Source: Candidatus Omnitrophota bacterium
GTDB taxonomy: Bacteria; Omnitrophota; Gorgyraeia; Zapsychrales; Zapsychraceae
DNA: 64,000 bases
Direction of reading: 5' to 3'
Assembly (NCBI GenBank): GCA_050250375.1
Contig: JBFWOS010000001.1
Location: 544,351 to 608,350 of the forward strand
This document shows, piece after piece, positions 56,244 through 64,000 of this stretch. The notes under the pieces are model-generated. The model was not told the DNA's origin and did no database searches. It saw only the letters and a program-made list of their open reading frames with translations. Made by a program: the position numbers and the translations under genes. The stretch's first letter is position 1; each line of letters starts with the position of its first letter.

Positions 56244-57946
56244 TATGAATCTCCTTCTTGCCAGATCATTTTGTCGGTGATGTCATTGGTGAAGGCAATA
56301 AAAGTATTTAACGATGGAAAATATGGCGGGGCATTTCCCACAGCCATTCGTTCATCATACACAAAATTACGTCCGTATCCTGCTGTTTGTGTGCCCGTTG
56401 CACCATTAAACTGGCCGAAAGCCCCATAAAAGTCAGAAATGACACCTCCCAGCAATGTTGCTACTCCGCGCCCGCCCACTCCCGAGTCATTATAATTATC
56501 GACCTGGAATATACCGGCCTTAGCAAGAATCGTTCCGTGAACATTTACATCATTCGGCGCCGAAGTGCCGATACGCACGTTTCCGTTCCAGGAAACCAAC
56601 CCTAACAGGTTCCCCGCGTTCGAAGGAACACTGGGAGCAACATAACCGGCTTGTCCCGGCGTACCTACGGCAGAATTATAATTTTGATACTGAAGATGAT
56701 TGCTGATAACAATATCGTTGTTACTGGATATCGTTACAGCGGTATCACCATGAACTGTACCGCTCAAATTATTGATATCCCCGTTTACATAAATAACGGT
56801 CCCAACCCCATCCACTCCGTCCGGAACCCCGCCATATACAGTCGTTCCGACACTGACATGTTCGACCGTTGTCTGATTGGTTGACCTGTTGACTGTAATT
56901 ATTTTCTGGGAACCTCCCTGAACAATATTGTATACGGCATTATTGCTCCCGTCGACGGATAAGGTGACATTGCTGTTTCCTTCAACGTAGATGCCTCCGG
57001 TTAGACTCGTCCCATTATTGGAAATATAAATTCCGTTCCCCGAGATACTGGCACTTCCCAGCGCCTGGTCAACAAGATCCTGTTGTTGACTGGCTGATGA
57101 TAAAGAAATCGCACTTGCGCTTCGGTTAAATCCCGAATTAAACGTCGGGACATCTATACTTCCGTTGGATGCGGCATCCAGAAGAATCGGGGAACCACCG
57201 TTATAAAAACGAGCCAGTTGCTCCACCTGATCAACTCTTCCGTCAAAAATACCGCTGGGATTTAACGCGATATTGTACCTTCCGTTGGTATGCAGCGGCC
57301 CGGCAAAATTCGTCTTATCGGTAAACCAGACGTTGGTTCCGTTAGGCAAAGTTTGTTGATTGGTAAAAAGGGCATATTTGGCAAAATTATCCCGTTGGAC
57401 TCGCACAGTAAAGTCTCCCGACAAAACAACATCTTTATTTGTACCTTGGGATGTTCCGGTCGAAACAATCCGATAGTTATAAGGGAAATCCCAGGAATCT
57501 GCCGTGACTATTATCGGATTCGTTTTTTCGGAAATTGAAACATCATATTGATAAGTCCCGTTGCCTAAAGCTGAGGATTGTATGTATCTGGCATTTATCC
57601 CATTTAATGTTAAGGCCGGCACCCCTCCGTTCTTGACATAATTGATCAAGAAACCGATTCCATCGTTATTGGCGACATAGGTTGTCGTCTGAGCAACCAG
57701 GGTTGATGGATTCGTTGCGTTAACTGTATTAAGCATATAACTATTGATTAATGTATCCAACCCGTCTAAAGCGGCCTTCGATCCACCTTCAGCGATATAA
57801 AATGACTTAGCCAAATCCAATTCTCTTTGAGCAACCCTGCTTTCATAAATTGTCCGAAGAATAAAGACACTACTCAATCCCAACAGAACGACAACAACAA
57901 ACAACGCAATGATAAGTGCCACCCCTCTTTCATTATTTATTTTCAT
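56243..57946 (-). CDS. Large PilX-type minor pilin, ComZ/DUF4900-like
   Basis: ERG|VALII prepilin site lacking E5; FAKYALFTN, GPLHTN, Gly/Asn-rich beta repeats, YGAFG..GYGRNFVYD.R...PPYFP. Confidence 0.75.
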   Translation of the reverse strand: MKINNERGVALIIALFVVVVLLGLSSVFILRTIYESRVAQRELDLAKSFYIAEGGSKAALDGLDTLINSYMLNTVNATNPSTLVAQTTTYVANNDGIGFLINYVKNGGVPALTLNGINARYIQSSALGNGTYQYDVSISEKTNPIIVTADSWDFPYNYRIVSTGTSQGTNKDVVLSGDFTVRVQRDNFAKYALFTNQQTLPNGTNVWFTDKTNFAGPLHTNGRYNIALNPSGIFDGRVDQVEQLARFYNGGSPILLDAASNGSIDVPTFNSGFNRSASAISLSSASQQQDLVDQALGSASISGNGIYISNNGTSLTGGIYVEGNSNVTLSVDGSNNAVYNIVQGGSQKIITVNRSTNQTTVEHVSVGTTVYGGVPDGVDGVGTVIYVNGDINNLSGTVHGDTAVTISSNNDIVISNHLQYQNYNSAVGTPGQAGYVAPSVPSNAGNLLGLVSWNGNVRIGTSAPNDVNVHGTILAKAGIFQVDNYNDSGVGGRGVATLLGGVISDFYGAFGQFNGATGTQTAGYGRNFVYDERMAVGNAPPYFPSLNTFIAFTNDITDKMIWQEGDS

Positions 57947-57951
57947 CGGAT

Positions 57952-58632
57952 TTACCCCCTATTCCTTAGATACACAACCATACTATTCGTCATTGTCATA
58001 GTTCTATTCTTCATCGAAGTTCCCAACGCGGTTACTGTGATTGTCACCTCATTCTGGTCCACACTCATAGCCGCCTGAAAATCGGAAATCTTTTGAGCGA
58101 ATATATCCGTCCGCACCAGGGCATTCGCCGCGTTGCGGACCCGCCGCTCGAGTTGATTATTATTATTTATGGCATATTCAAGGTAACTGTATTCCACTGT
58201 CGAGCAATCATCATCGGCATCCATACAGGTTGAATCCGTGCACCCCCAAGTCAATGGAGCTCCCCAATTCGCCACATCCCCATTGTTATCAATAATTGTT
58301 TGTCCTGCTTCACAAATAACCGGCATAAAAAATTGAATTACATCCGAACTATTAACCCCGGCATTATCATTAATTGTCACCTGCATCACTCCTGCGCCGT
58401 TAGACCCCGACTCTCTCAACTCTTTAGAAATTTTTTCCAGCGTTAACCTTAAATTTTCCTGCAACTCAATCTGTAAGGCGGTGTTGGCCCAGCTGTTTTG
58501 ACCTGCTGCCATAGACATATACACTCCACCCATCATGGCTGTAAGGATCGCAACCGCAACCATAAGCTCCACAAGGCTGAATCCCCTGTTGACTTTAATC
58601 TTCAAATTTATTAATTTTTTATTATTGGTCAT
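57952..58632 (-). CDS. PilW-like minor pilin
   Basis: RG|FSLVELMVA prepilin site, I.KELRE helix, C-terminal VYLRN. Confidence 0.85.
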   Translation of the reverse strand: MTNNKKLINLKIKVNRGFSLVELMVAVAILTAMMGGVYMSMAAGQNSWANTALQIELQENLRLTLEKISKELRESGSNGAGVMQVTINDNAGVNSSDVIQFFMPVICEAGQTIIDNNGDVANWGAPLTWGCTDSTCMDADDDCSTVEYSYLEYAINNNNQLERRVRNAANALVRTDIFAQKISDFQAAMSVDQNEVTITVTALGTSMKNRTMTMTNSMVVYLRNRG

Positions 58633-59074
58633 ATCTATAAGTCACCAACTGAACAGTTGAGTCGATTATGCCGTTGCCATTTGTATCCTCGCCGGCATCA
58701 AGACTGCCATCCAAATCGGTGTCTTCTCCAATAAGCAATCCATTTTTCTGTCTCCAACAAAACGAAACAGTTATCTGGACAAGATCAGGGTTTGTATTAT
58801 TAACATAAGAAACACCGGCACCGTTAATAGCCGGTTCAAAAAAGGAAACATTGTTGAAATTCGCCATCAATTGAGTAAAATCTGAATTACTGATTTGTTC
58901 CATACGGGTTTTCGCGGCTCTAGTAGCCATTGATTTGTTCCGGGACATTTCATTCAACTCCAGACATTTTGTGTAGGTTACCAATATACCAACGAAGGCG
59001 AGTATCATGACAACGGCCGCTACCATTACTTCTGCCAAAGCAAATCCCTCATTTCCTTTAAGTTTCAATTTCAT
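58622..59074 (-). CDS. PilV-like minor pilin
   Basis: EG|FALAEVMVA prepilin site; A...A...ME helix pattern. Confidence 0.82.
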   Translation of the reverse strand: MKLKLKGNEGFALAEVMVAAVVMILAFVGILVTYTKCLELNEMSRNKSMATRAAKTRMEQISNSDFTQLMANFNNVSFFEPAINGAGVSYVNNTNPDLVQITVSFCWRQKNGLLIGEDTDLDGSLDAGEDTNGNGIIDSTVQLVTYRYDQ

Positions 59075-59097
59075 GGTTTTGAATTTCCCATACCGGC

Positions 59098-59143
59098 AAA
59101 GAAAAGGGGGACTTAATATGCATATCTGAAGCCCCCCCCTTCC
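59098..59143 (-). terminator. Terminator/stabilising hairpin between the major and minor pilin genes
   Basis: GGGGGGCTT...AAGTCCCCC stem followed by TTTTCTTT. Confidence 0.65.
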
Positions 59144-59167
59144 TTACTGGTAATTGAATAACGAAAA

Positions 59168-59566
59168 CTATGGTGTTAAAATACCGCCTGTTGTGACAGT
59201 AAAAACAGTCGTACCTGAAGTACCTAGTGATACAGGCGTAGCTGTAAAGGAATATGACCCAGCTCCCCATGCGCAACCGAAGGTAAATCCGCTACGAGCA
59301 ACACCATCACAATAATCTTCCTGTAAATACGCCGGGACGGCTCCAGTTAAAGAAGACATGTCCAATGGATAATTTCCATTGTTGGCAGTCGCGAATGTTT
59401 CTGATGACGTTGACATTGTACGTAATGTACTTTGTGCCAAGGCATCGTTAGCTGAGATTTTGGCTCTCAGCAAATTCGGAATCGCGATAGCGGCCAGCAG
59501 AGCGATGATCGCGACAACGATCATAATTTCTACCAGCGTAAAACCTTTATTGTTTATCCTTTTCAT
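59168..59566 (-). CDS. pilA: Type IVa major pilin
   Basis: KG|FTLVEIMIVVAIIALLAAIAIP, C-terminal Cys pair, strong AGGAGG SD, own promoters and downstream terminator. Confidence 0.88.
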   Translation of the reverse strand: MKRINNKGFTLVEIMIVVAIIALLAAIAIPNLLRAKISANDALAQSTLRTMSTSSETFATANNGNYPLDMSSLTGAVPAYLQEDYCDGVARSGFTFGCAWGAGSYSFTATPVSLGTSGTTVFTVTTGGILTP

Positions 59567-59704
59567 TTTCCTTCCTCCTTTGGATTTAGAGCCAATAGCT
59601 ACTTATTCAACCAGCGGAGAAAAAAGGAATAATGACTTTTGTTCATTTTGCCAGTTAAGTTTTCGCAACTTATTGACTCAGTTTAAATTAAGTATTTTTA
59701 TTAA

Positions 59705-59733
59705 ATTCTACATACCCTTTTAAAAGGCGTCAA
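59705..59733 (-). promoter_or_regulatory. Proximal sigma70-type promoter of the pilin gene (P2)
   Basis: TTGACG-17 nt-TAGAAT. Confidence 0.6.
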
Positions 59734-59764
59734 TCAAATATCTACTTATTTTCTCAGAAAGAAC

Positions 59765-59798
59765 AAAAAAAACCTATTTTCCATCCGGAAAATAGGTT
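59765..59798 (-). terminator. Intrinsic terminator; riboswitch expression platform
   Basis: AACCTATTTTCC-GGAT-GGAAAATAGGTT followed by a T run. Confidence 0.88.
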
Positions 59799-59821
59799 AT
59801 TGACATCTTTAAAGATGCCTG

Positions 59822-59906
59822 GGTCGTGGTAACTGGCTACCCTTGCTTACGCGGAGGGCCCTATAGCTTTGTGCCCCAACCTTACGGATGGTTTACCTTT
59901 GTCACA
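59822..59906 (-). ncRNA. c-di-GMP-I (GEMM-I) riboswitch
   Basis: AAAGGUAAACCAUCC-GUAA-GGUUGGGGCACAAAGCUAUAGGGCCCU...AGGGUAGCCAGUUACC matches the GEMM-I consensus: GGYAAA, GNRA-capped P2, CAAAG junction, P3, UUACC. Confidence 0.9.
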
Positions 59907-59929
59907 TCAACAAACTGTACTACAATCGA

Positions 59930-59958
59930 AGTATAACATCTGACTATCAACCTGTCAA
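59930..59958 (-). promoter_or_regulatory. Distal sigma70-type promoter (P1) driving the riboswitch
   Basis: TTGACA-17 nt-TATACT with TGn extended -10, about 25 nt upstream of the aptamer. Confidence 0.8.
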
Positions 59959-59968
59959 ATAAGCAAGA

Positions 59969-60919
59969 CTACTGCCCCTGAGCCGATTGATCCAGCTTCT
60001 TAATATCTTCTTGGGTCCTATTAAACTTTTCTTTAAGAATACGGTTTTCTTTTTCAATAAAATATAAGTTTTCCATCAATCGTTCTATTTCCTCTTCACT
60101 GATGTCGAAGGCGGCATTTTTTTCTTTAATTTTATGATCGGCCTGGCGTAACACTTTTTCTAATGTATTTCCTTCTGTTCGCAACTCCGAGATCTCCGCA
60201 TGAATCTCATCTAATAATTTGGAATTTCGGCTCTCAAAGCTGTCTAAGTCGCCCAATACTTCTTTTTCGCCAGCTTCAGCCTTCTTATAATGATCATCCA
60301 GCAAGGCCAATTTCTGTTTCAACAAATTATTCTTTTCTTTTAGACTCTCATATCTTTCAAAAGACTTAGCATGATCTTTCTCAAAACCCTGGCTCCTGCG
60401 CTCCAACTCCTTAACGTTCGTCTGAAGAAGGTCTAATTTTCTTTCTAACGATTCATTCTCCGTTGCATGAAAAATGCTCCTCGATTCCTGATCAATTAAT
60501 TGATTCATATGCTGAATTTCATCGGTAACTATGGCTATTTCCTTTAATAACTTTTCCTCATGTTGCGATTTTGCGGGGGTCCTGCTTTTTAAGCTAAGTC
60601 CACCAGCACCCTCAACCCTTAACGGGGCTTCTTCTTTCGCCCGCAATGATGTTTGACCTTCAACCGATTTTGTTCCACGCCCATGTCCGTCTATTTGTTT
60701 TTGCAGTGAATCAATTTTCATCTCCAGAATCTTTATTTCCGAAAGGAGCCATCGATTTCTTTCGGTCATTTCTTTTGAACTCTGCTTTAGCCCGTTCAGA
60801 CTAATGGATACGGATTCCTGTGAAGATACATGCCAGTCCGTTTGGCCCAAAACTGTTTTAGGGACAATGCTGACACCTGCCAGAAAAAAAACAACCACTT
60901 TTGGTTTAATTCTCAACAT
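59969..60919 (-). CDS. Exported long coiled-coil protein of unknown function
   Basis: Signal-peptide-like N-terminus, heptad-rich E/K/L sequence; 4 nt after the pilC stop. Confidence 0.75.
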   Translation of the reverse strand: MLRIKPKVVVFFLAGVSIVPKTVLGQTDWHVSSQESVSISLNGLKQSSKEMTERNRWLLSEIKILEMKIDSLQKQIDGHGRGTKSVEGQTSLRAKEEAPLRVEGAGGLSLKSRTPAKSQHEEKLLKEIAIVTDEIQHMNQLIDQESRSIFHATENESLERKLDLLQTNVKELERRSQGFEKDHAKSFERYESLKEKNNLLKQKLALLDDHYKKAEAGEKEVLGDLDSFESRNSKLLDEIHAEISELRTEGNTLEKVLRQADHKIKEKNAAFDISEEEIERLMENLYFIEKENRILKEKFNRTQEDIKKLDQSAQGQ

Positions 60920-60923
60920 GCGA

Positions 60924-62132
60924 TTAAATAATCTGCGTTATGTTCATGATTGGCATGAAAAGGGCAATGACGATAAAACCAATAACAATACCCAGAACAC
61001 CTATAATAAGCGGCTCGATTATGCTGGTCAACCCTTCCACAGCCGCATCTACCTGGTCATCATAGAACTCGGATATTTTAAGTAACATTTTCTCCAACTG
61101 ACCGGATTTTTCACCGATCGCGATCATCCGCGTAACCATCGGCGGAAAGACTTTACTCTTGCTTAATGGCGGGGCAATACTTTCCCCTCCGCGCACATTA
61201 TTCTTGACCTCATCAACGACGAGTTCAAGCACCCTGTTCCCAATCGTCTTACCGACAATATCCAAAGATTCAAGGATCGGAACACCGCTTTGAATTAATG
61301 TCGCCAAAGTGCGGCTAAACCGGCTGATCGCAACCTTACGCAGCAAGTCTCCAAATATCGGCAGCTTTAACACAGCACCATCAATGACCACCGCGCCTTT
61401 GTTTGTTTTATGCCATTGCTGCAACGTGACAACCAATATAAAGAGTGCCCCCACAATCCATAATAAATATTTCTGCAAACCTTCACTGATCGCCATTAAA
61501 AGCTGGGTCATGGGAGGAAGTTCAGAATTCAGAGATGCATAAATTCCGGCAAAGGTTGGAACTACCTTAACAAGCAACAAAATGGTTATAAGGACAGCCA
61601 TGGTTACAACGACCGCCGGATAAATCAAAGCAGCCTTAACCTTGCGCCTTAATTTAAGTGTCTTTTCCATGTAGAACGAGACACGGTCAAGCACCTGCGC
61701 CAAAACACCACCGGTTTCCCCGACTCTGACCATATTAACGAATAACGTATCAAAAACCTGCGGATGCTTCGAGAACGATACAGACAAGCTGCTTCCATGC
61801 GAGATATCTTCAGCAATATTACCCAATACTTTTTTAAACATTGGATGAGTCACTTGTTCTTGTAATGCATCCAGCCCCTGAACGATTGGGATGCCGGCAT
61901 CAACCATAGTTGCTAACTGGCGGGAAAATATTACGATTTCATCAGGCTTAACCTTCTTACTCGTAAAAGAACTTTTTTTCTTACTAACCGTATCTTTGAT
62001 TTCATTAATAGATATAATGACAAGTTTTCGTTTGCGCAACTCCTCAATCACGGCAACTTTATTATCCGCTGCAATCTTGCCGGTTACGCTTTTTGATTCC
62101 TGATTTTTTGCTACATATTTGAAGGTGGCCAT
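60924..62132 (-). CDS. pilC: Type IV pilus platform protein
   Basis: FSRQLATMVDAG, GETGGVL, YPAVV, GEKSGQLEKML, EPLII. Confidence 0.95.
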   Translation of the reverse strand: MATFKYVAKNQESKSVTGKIAADNKVAVIEELRKRKLVIISINEIKDTVSKKKSSFTSKKVKPDEIVIFSRQLATMVDAGIPIVQGLDALQEQVTHPMFKKVLGNIAEDISHGSSLSVSFSKHPQVFDTLFVNMVRVGETGGVLAQVLDRVSFYMEKTLKLRRKVKAALIYPAVVVTMAVLITILLLVKVVPTFAGIYASLNSELPPMTQLLMAISEGLQKYLLWIVGALFILVVTLQQWHKTNKGAVVIDGAVLKLPIFGDLLRKVAISRFSRTLATLIQSGVPILESLDIVGKTIGNRVLELVVDEVKNNVRGGESIAPPLSKSKVFPPMVTRMIAIGEKSGQLEKMLLKISEFYDDQVDAAVEGLTSIIEPLIIGVLGIVIGFIVIALFMPIMNITQII

Positions 62133-62194
62133 ATCACTTACCTTAATCTTGAGGAATTACTTTGTGGCATGCAGGTTGGCAAACAACTAGTTAA

Positions 62195-62222
62195 AGTATA
62201 ATTCCTGAAATCTTTTTAGCAA
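62195..62222 (-). promoter_or_regulatory. Candidate sigma70-type promoter of pilC
   Basis: TTGCTA-16 nt-TATACT; a second candidate TTGATA-18 nt-TATAAT lies at 62248-62277; the AT-rich context lowers specificity. Confidence 0.4.
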
Positions 62223-62371
62223 CATCTAATCTGATAACTTTGACGAAATTATATTTATATTCAAAATATATTATCAATATAAATACATATTAATGCCTAT
62301 TTGCGTTGAACCAAACCACTTTTCTTATGTATTTTAACATTAAATCTTACCTTTAAAAGAATGAAAGTGAA

Positions 62372-64000
62372 TTAATCACTCGCCGTTATACGCAGGACTT
62401 CGTCAAGCGTCGTTTGTCCGTTTAAACACTTATCCATGGCATCCTCAAACAAGGTGCGCATTTCCTTGTTCTTTCTTGCGAATTCCTTGATAACATCGGA
62501 AGATTCGCCCTTAAGAAGAAGATTGCGGACATCATCATCAACTTCCAACAGCTCTGTGATTCCCATTCTTCCCTGATAGCCCAGGCGGCGGCATTTGTCA
62601 CACCCCTTACCACTATAAAATTTTGTATCGGCCTTAACCGGGTATTTCAGGTCATCCAACAAAGCCTTTGGAAGAGCGATTTCCTCGCGGCAAGATTGGC
62701 AAATTCTTCGGCACAGTCTTTGGGCGCTGATTAAGAAAATACTAGAGGCCACCAGAAAAGGCTCAACATCCATGTCAATCAGACGGGTCAAAGCACTTGC
62801 GGAATCATTCGTGTGTAAAGTAGAAAAAACCAACTGTCCGGTTAAAGAGGCTTTTATGGCGATATCCGCCGTTTCTCCATCACGAATTTCCCCCACCATG
62901 ACAACGTCGGGACTTTGACGTAAAATCGATCTCAATCCTTCGGCAAAAGTCAGCCCGATCTCAGGCCTCGCCTGAATTTGAGTTAACCCCTCGACTAAAT
63001 ACTCCACTGGATCCTCAACCGTAATGACATTTTTTTCCACCGTGTTTAATTTGCTGACCAATGAATACAACGTGGTTGATTTTCCGCTACCGGTCGGTCC
63101 TGTCACAAGCATCATCCCAAAGGGTTTTACGGTCGCCTCTTCCAATATTGTGAGCGCCTTATCATTAAATCCCAAGCCCGCCAACCCAACCGAAAGGCTT
63201 CCCTTATCCAGTATCCGCATAACAATCTTTTCCCCGAACGTTGTCGGAAGCATGGAGACCCGGAAATCGACTTCTTTGTTGGCAATCTTCAACTTAAAAC
63301 GTCCGTCTTGGGGCACATGACTTAATGTAATATCAAGACGCGCCATAATTTTGATTCTCACGATAACCGCATTTTGATTTTCTTTGGGGATTTCCAAAAT
63401 GTTGGTGAGAATCCCGTCTATCCGGTATCGAACCTTCATGCCGTTTGTCTTAGGCTCGATATGAATATCCGAGGCTCTTTGTTTGATGGCTTCTTTCACA
63501 ATCAGATTGACCATACGGATGATGGGGGCCTTCTCACTTTCATCCACGGAACTATCCAGGTCTTCCTCCCCATCACTTTCGGAAACAATCTCAAAATCTT
63601 CAACATCAATATCTTTACTAATCTCCGTGACACTATTTTCCGCTTTCAAACCATAGAAGCTATCAATGACTTTCAGTATTTCGTCATTTGTACTCATGAC
63701 GATCTCAATTTCTTTACCGGTTATATTTTTAAGGTCATCAATAATAAAAACATTTAGCGGGTCAGAAACCGCTATCGTCAATGTTTCATCCAGTAATGAC
63801 AACGGGATAATCTGGTACTGCCGTGCAATGCGTTCGGGAATGGTTTCCTGCAAAGCAGGATCAAACTTATATTTGGATAAATTAATAAACGGGATGTTCA
63901 ATTCGCGGACTAACAAGACCAGCAAATCTTTTTCCTTAATGAGCCCTTTCTCAACAATTGCTTTCTCTAAAGTAATGCCTTTACGTTTCTGAAAGACCAT
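62372..64000 (-). CDS. pilB: Type IV pilus assembly ATPase (5' end probably beyond window)
   Basis: ASDIHIEP, PQDGR, GPTGSGKSTT, LRQSPD, TGQLVFSTLHTN, tetra-Cys motif. Confidence 0.93.
   Translation of the reverse strand: MVFQKRKGITLEKAIVEKGLIKEKDLLVLLVRELNIPFINLSKYKFDPALQETIPERIARQYQIIPLSLLDETLTIAVSDPLNVFIIDDLKNITGKEIEIVMSTNDEILKVIDSFYGLKAENSVTEISKDIDVEDFEIVSESDGEEDLDSSVDESEKAPIIRMVNLIVKEAIKQRASDIHIEPKTNGMKVRYRIDGILTNILEIPKENQNAVIVRIKIMARLDITLSHVPQDGRFKLKIANKEVDFRVSMLPTTFGEKIVMRILDKGSLSVGLAGLGFNDKALTILEEATVKPFGMMLVTGPTGSGKSTTLYSLVSKLNTVEKNVITVEDPVEYLVEGLTQIQARPEIGLTFAEGLRSILRQSPDVVMVGEIRDGETADIAIKASLTGQLVFSTLHTNDSASALTRLIDMDVEPFLVASSIFLISAQRLCRRICQSCREEIALPKALLDDLKYPVKADTKFYSGKGCDKCRRLGYQGRMGITELLEVDDDVRNLLLKGESSDVIKEFARKNKEMRTLFEDAMDKCLNGQTTLDEVLRITASD

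Noticed and set aside
59168-59566. Major pilin as a conductive e-pilin
   Set aside because: The mature protein is about 124 aa and lacks aromatics at positions 24, 27 and 32
59822-59906. Riboswitch as the cGAMP-sensing GEMM-Ib variant
   Set aside because: The discriminator position is G, not A; c-di-GMP is more likely, although binding is untested
62165-62180. TGGCATG-N4-TTGG sigma54-like motif
   Set aside because: It is on the plus strand facing away from pilC and the -12 GC is not matched

Overview
This 64 kb window is chromosomal backbone from a moderately AT-rich diderm bacterium, and every real gene lies on the minus strand. Gene order and protein style suggest the PVC superphylum, possibly Ca. 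Omnitrophota (inference only). In transcription direction (64000 to 1) it starts with a type IVa pilus locus: pilB (partial), pilC, a coiled-coil protein, the major pilin preceded by a c-di-GMP-I riboswitch and two sigma70-like promoters, PilV/PilW-like minor pilins, a large ComZ-like PilX-type pilin, and pilMNOPQ. Next come rng, rplU, obg, proBA, nadD, a phosphohexomutase, plsC, rpsA and tyrS. These are followed by an almost gap-free ~30 kb run: tRNA-Thr, rpmG, tRNA-Trp, secE, nusG, rplKAJL, rpoBC and the str, S10, spc and alpha clusters, continuing into an aminotransferase, pilT and an IDH/IPMDH-family gene. The window ends with lipB, a free lipoyl domain, a GT2, a TonB-C protein, then DUF1844-like, aroQ, pepP, efp, accB and accC. 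I saw no mobile elements, CRISPR arrays or rRNA. The best leads are the riboswitch-gated pilus with a ComZ-like tip, rpmA missing next to an Obg with rewritten loops, and the fused superoperon carrying pilT. All calls come from motif recognition; no database search was run.
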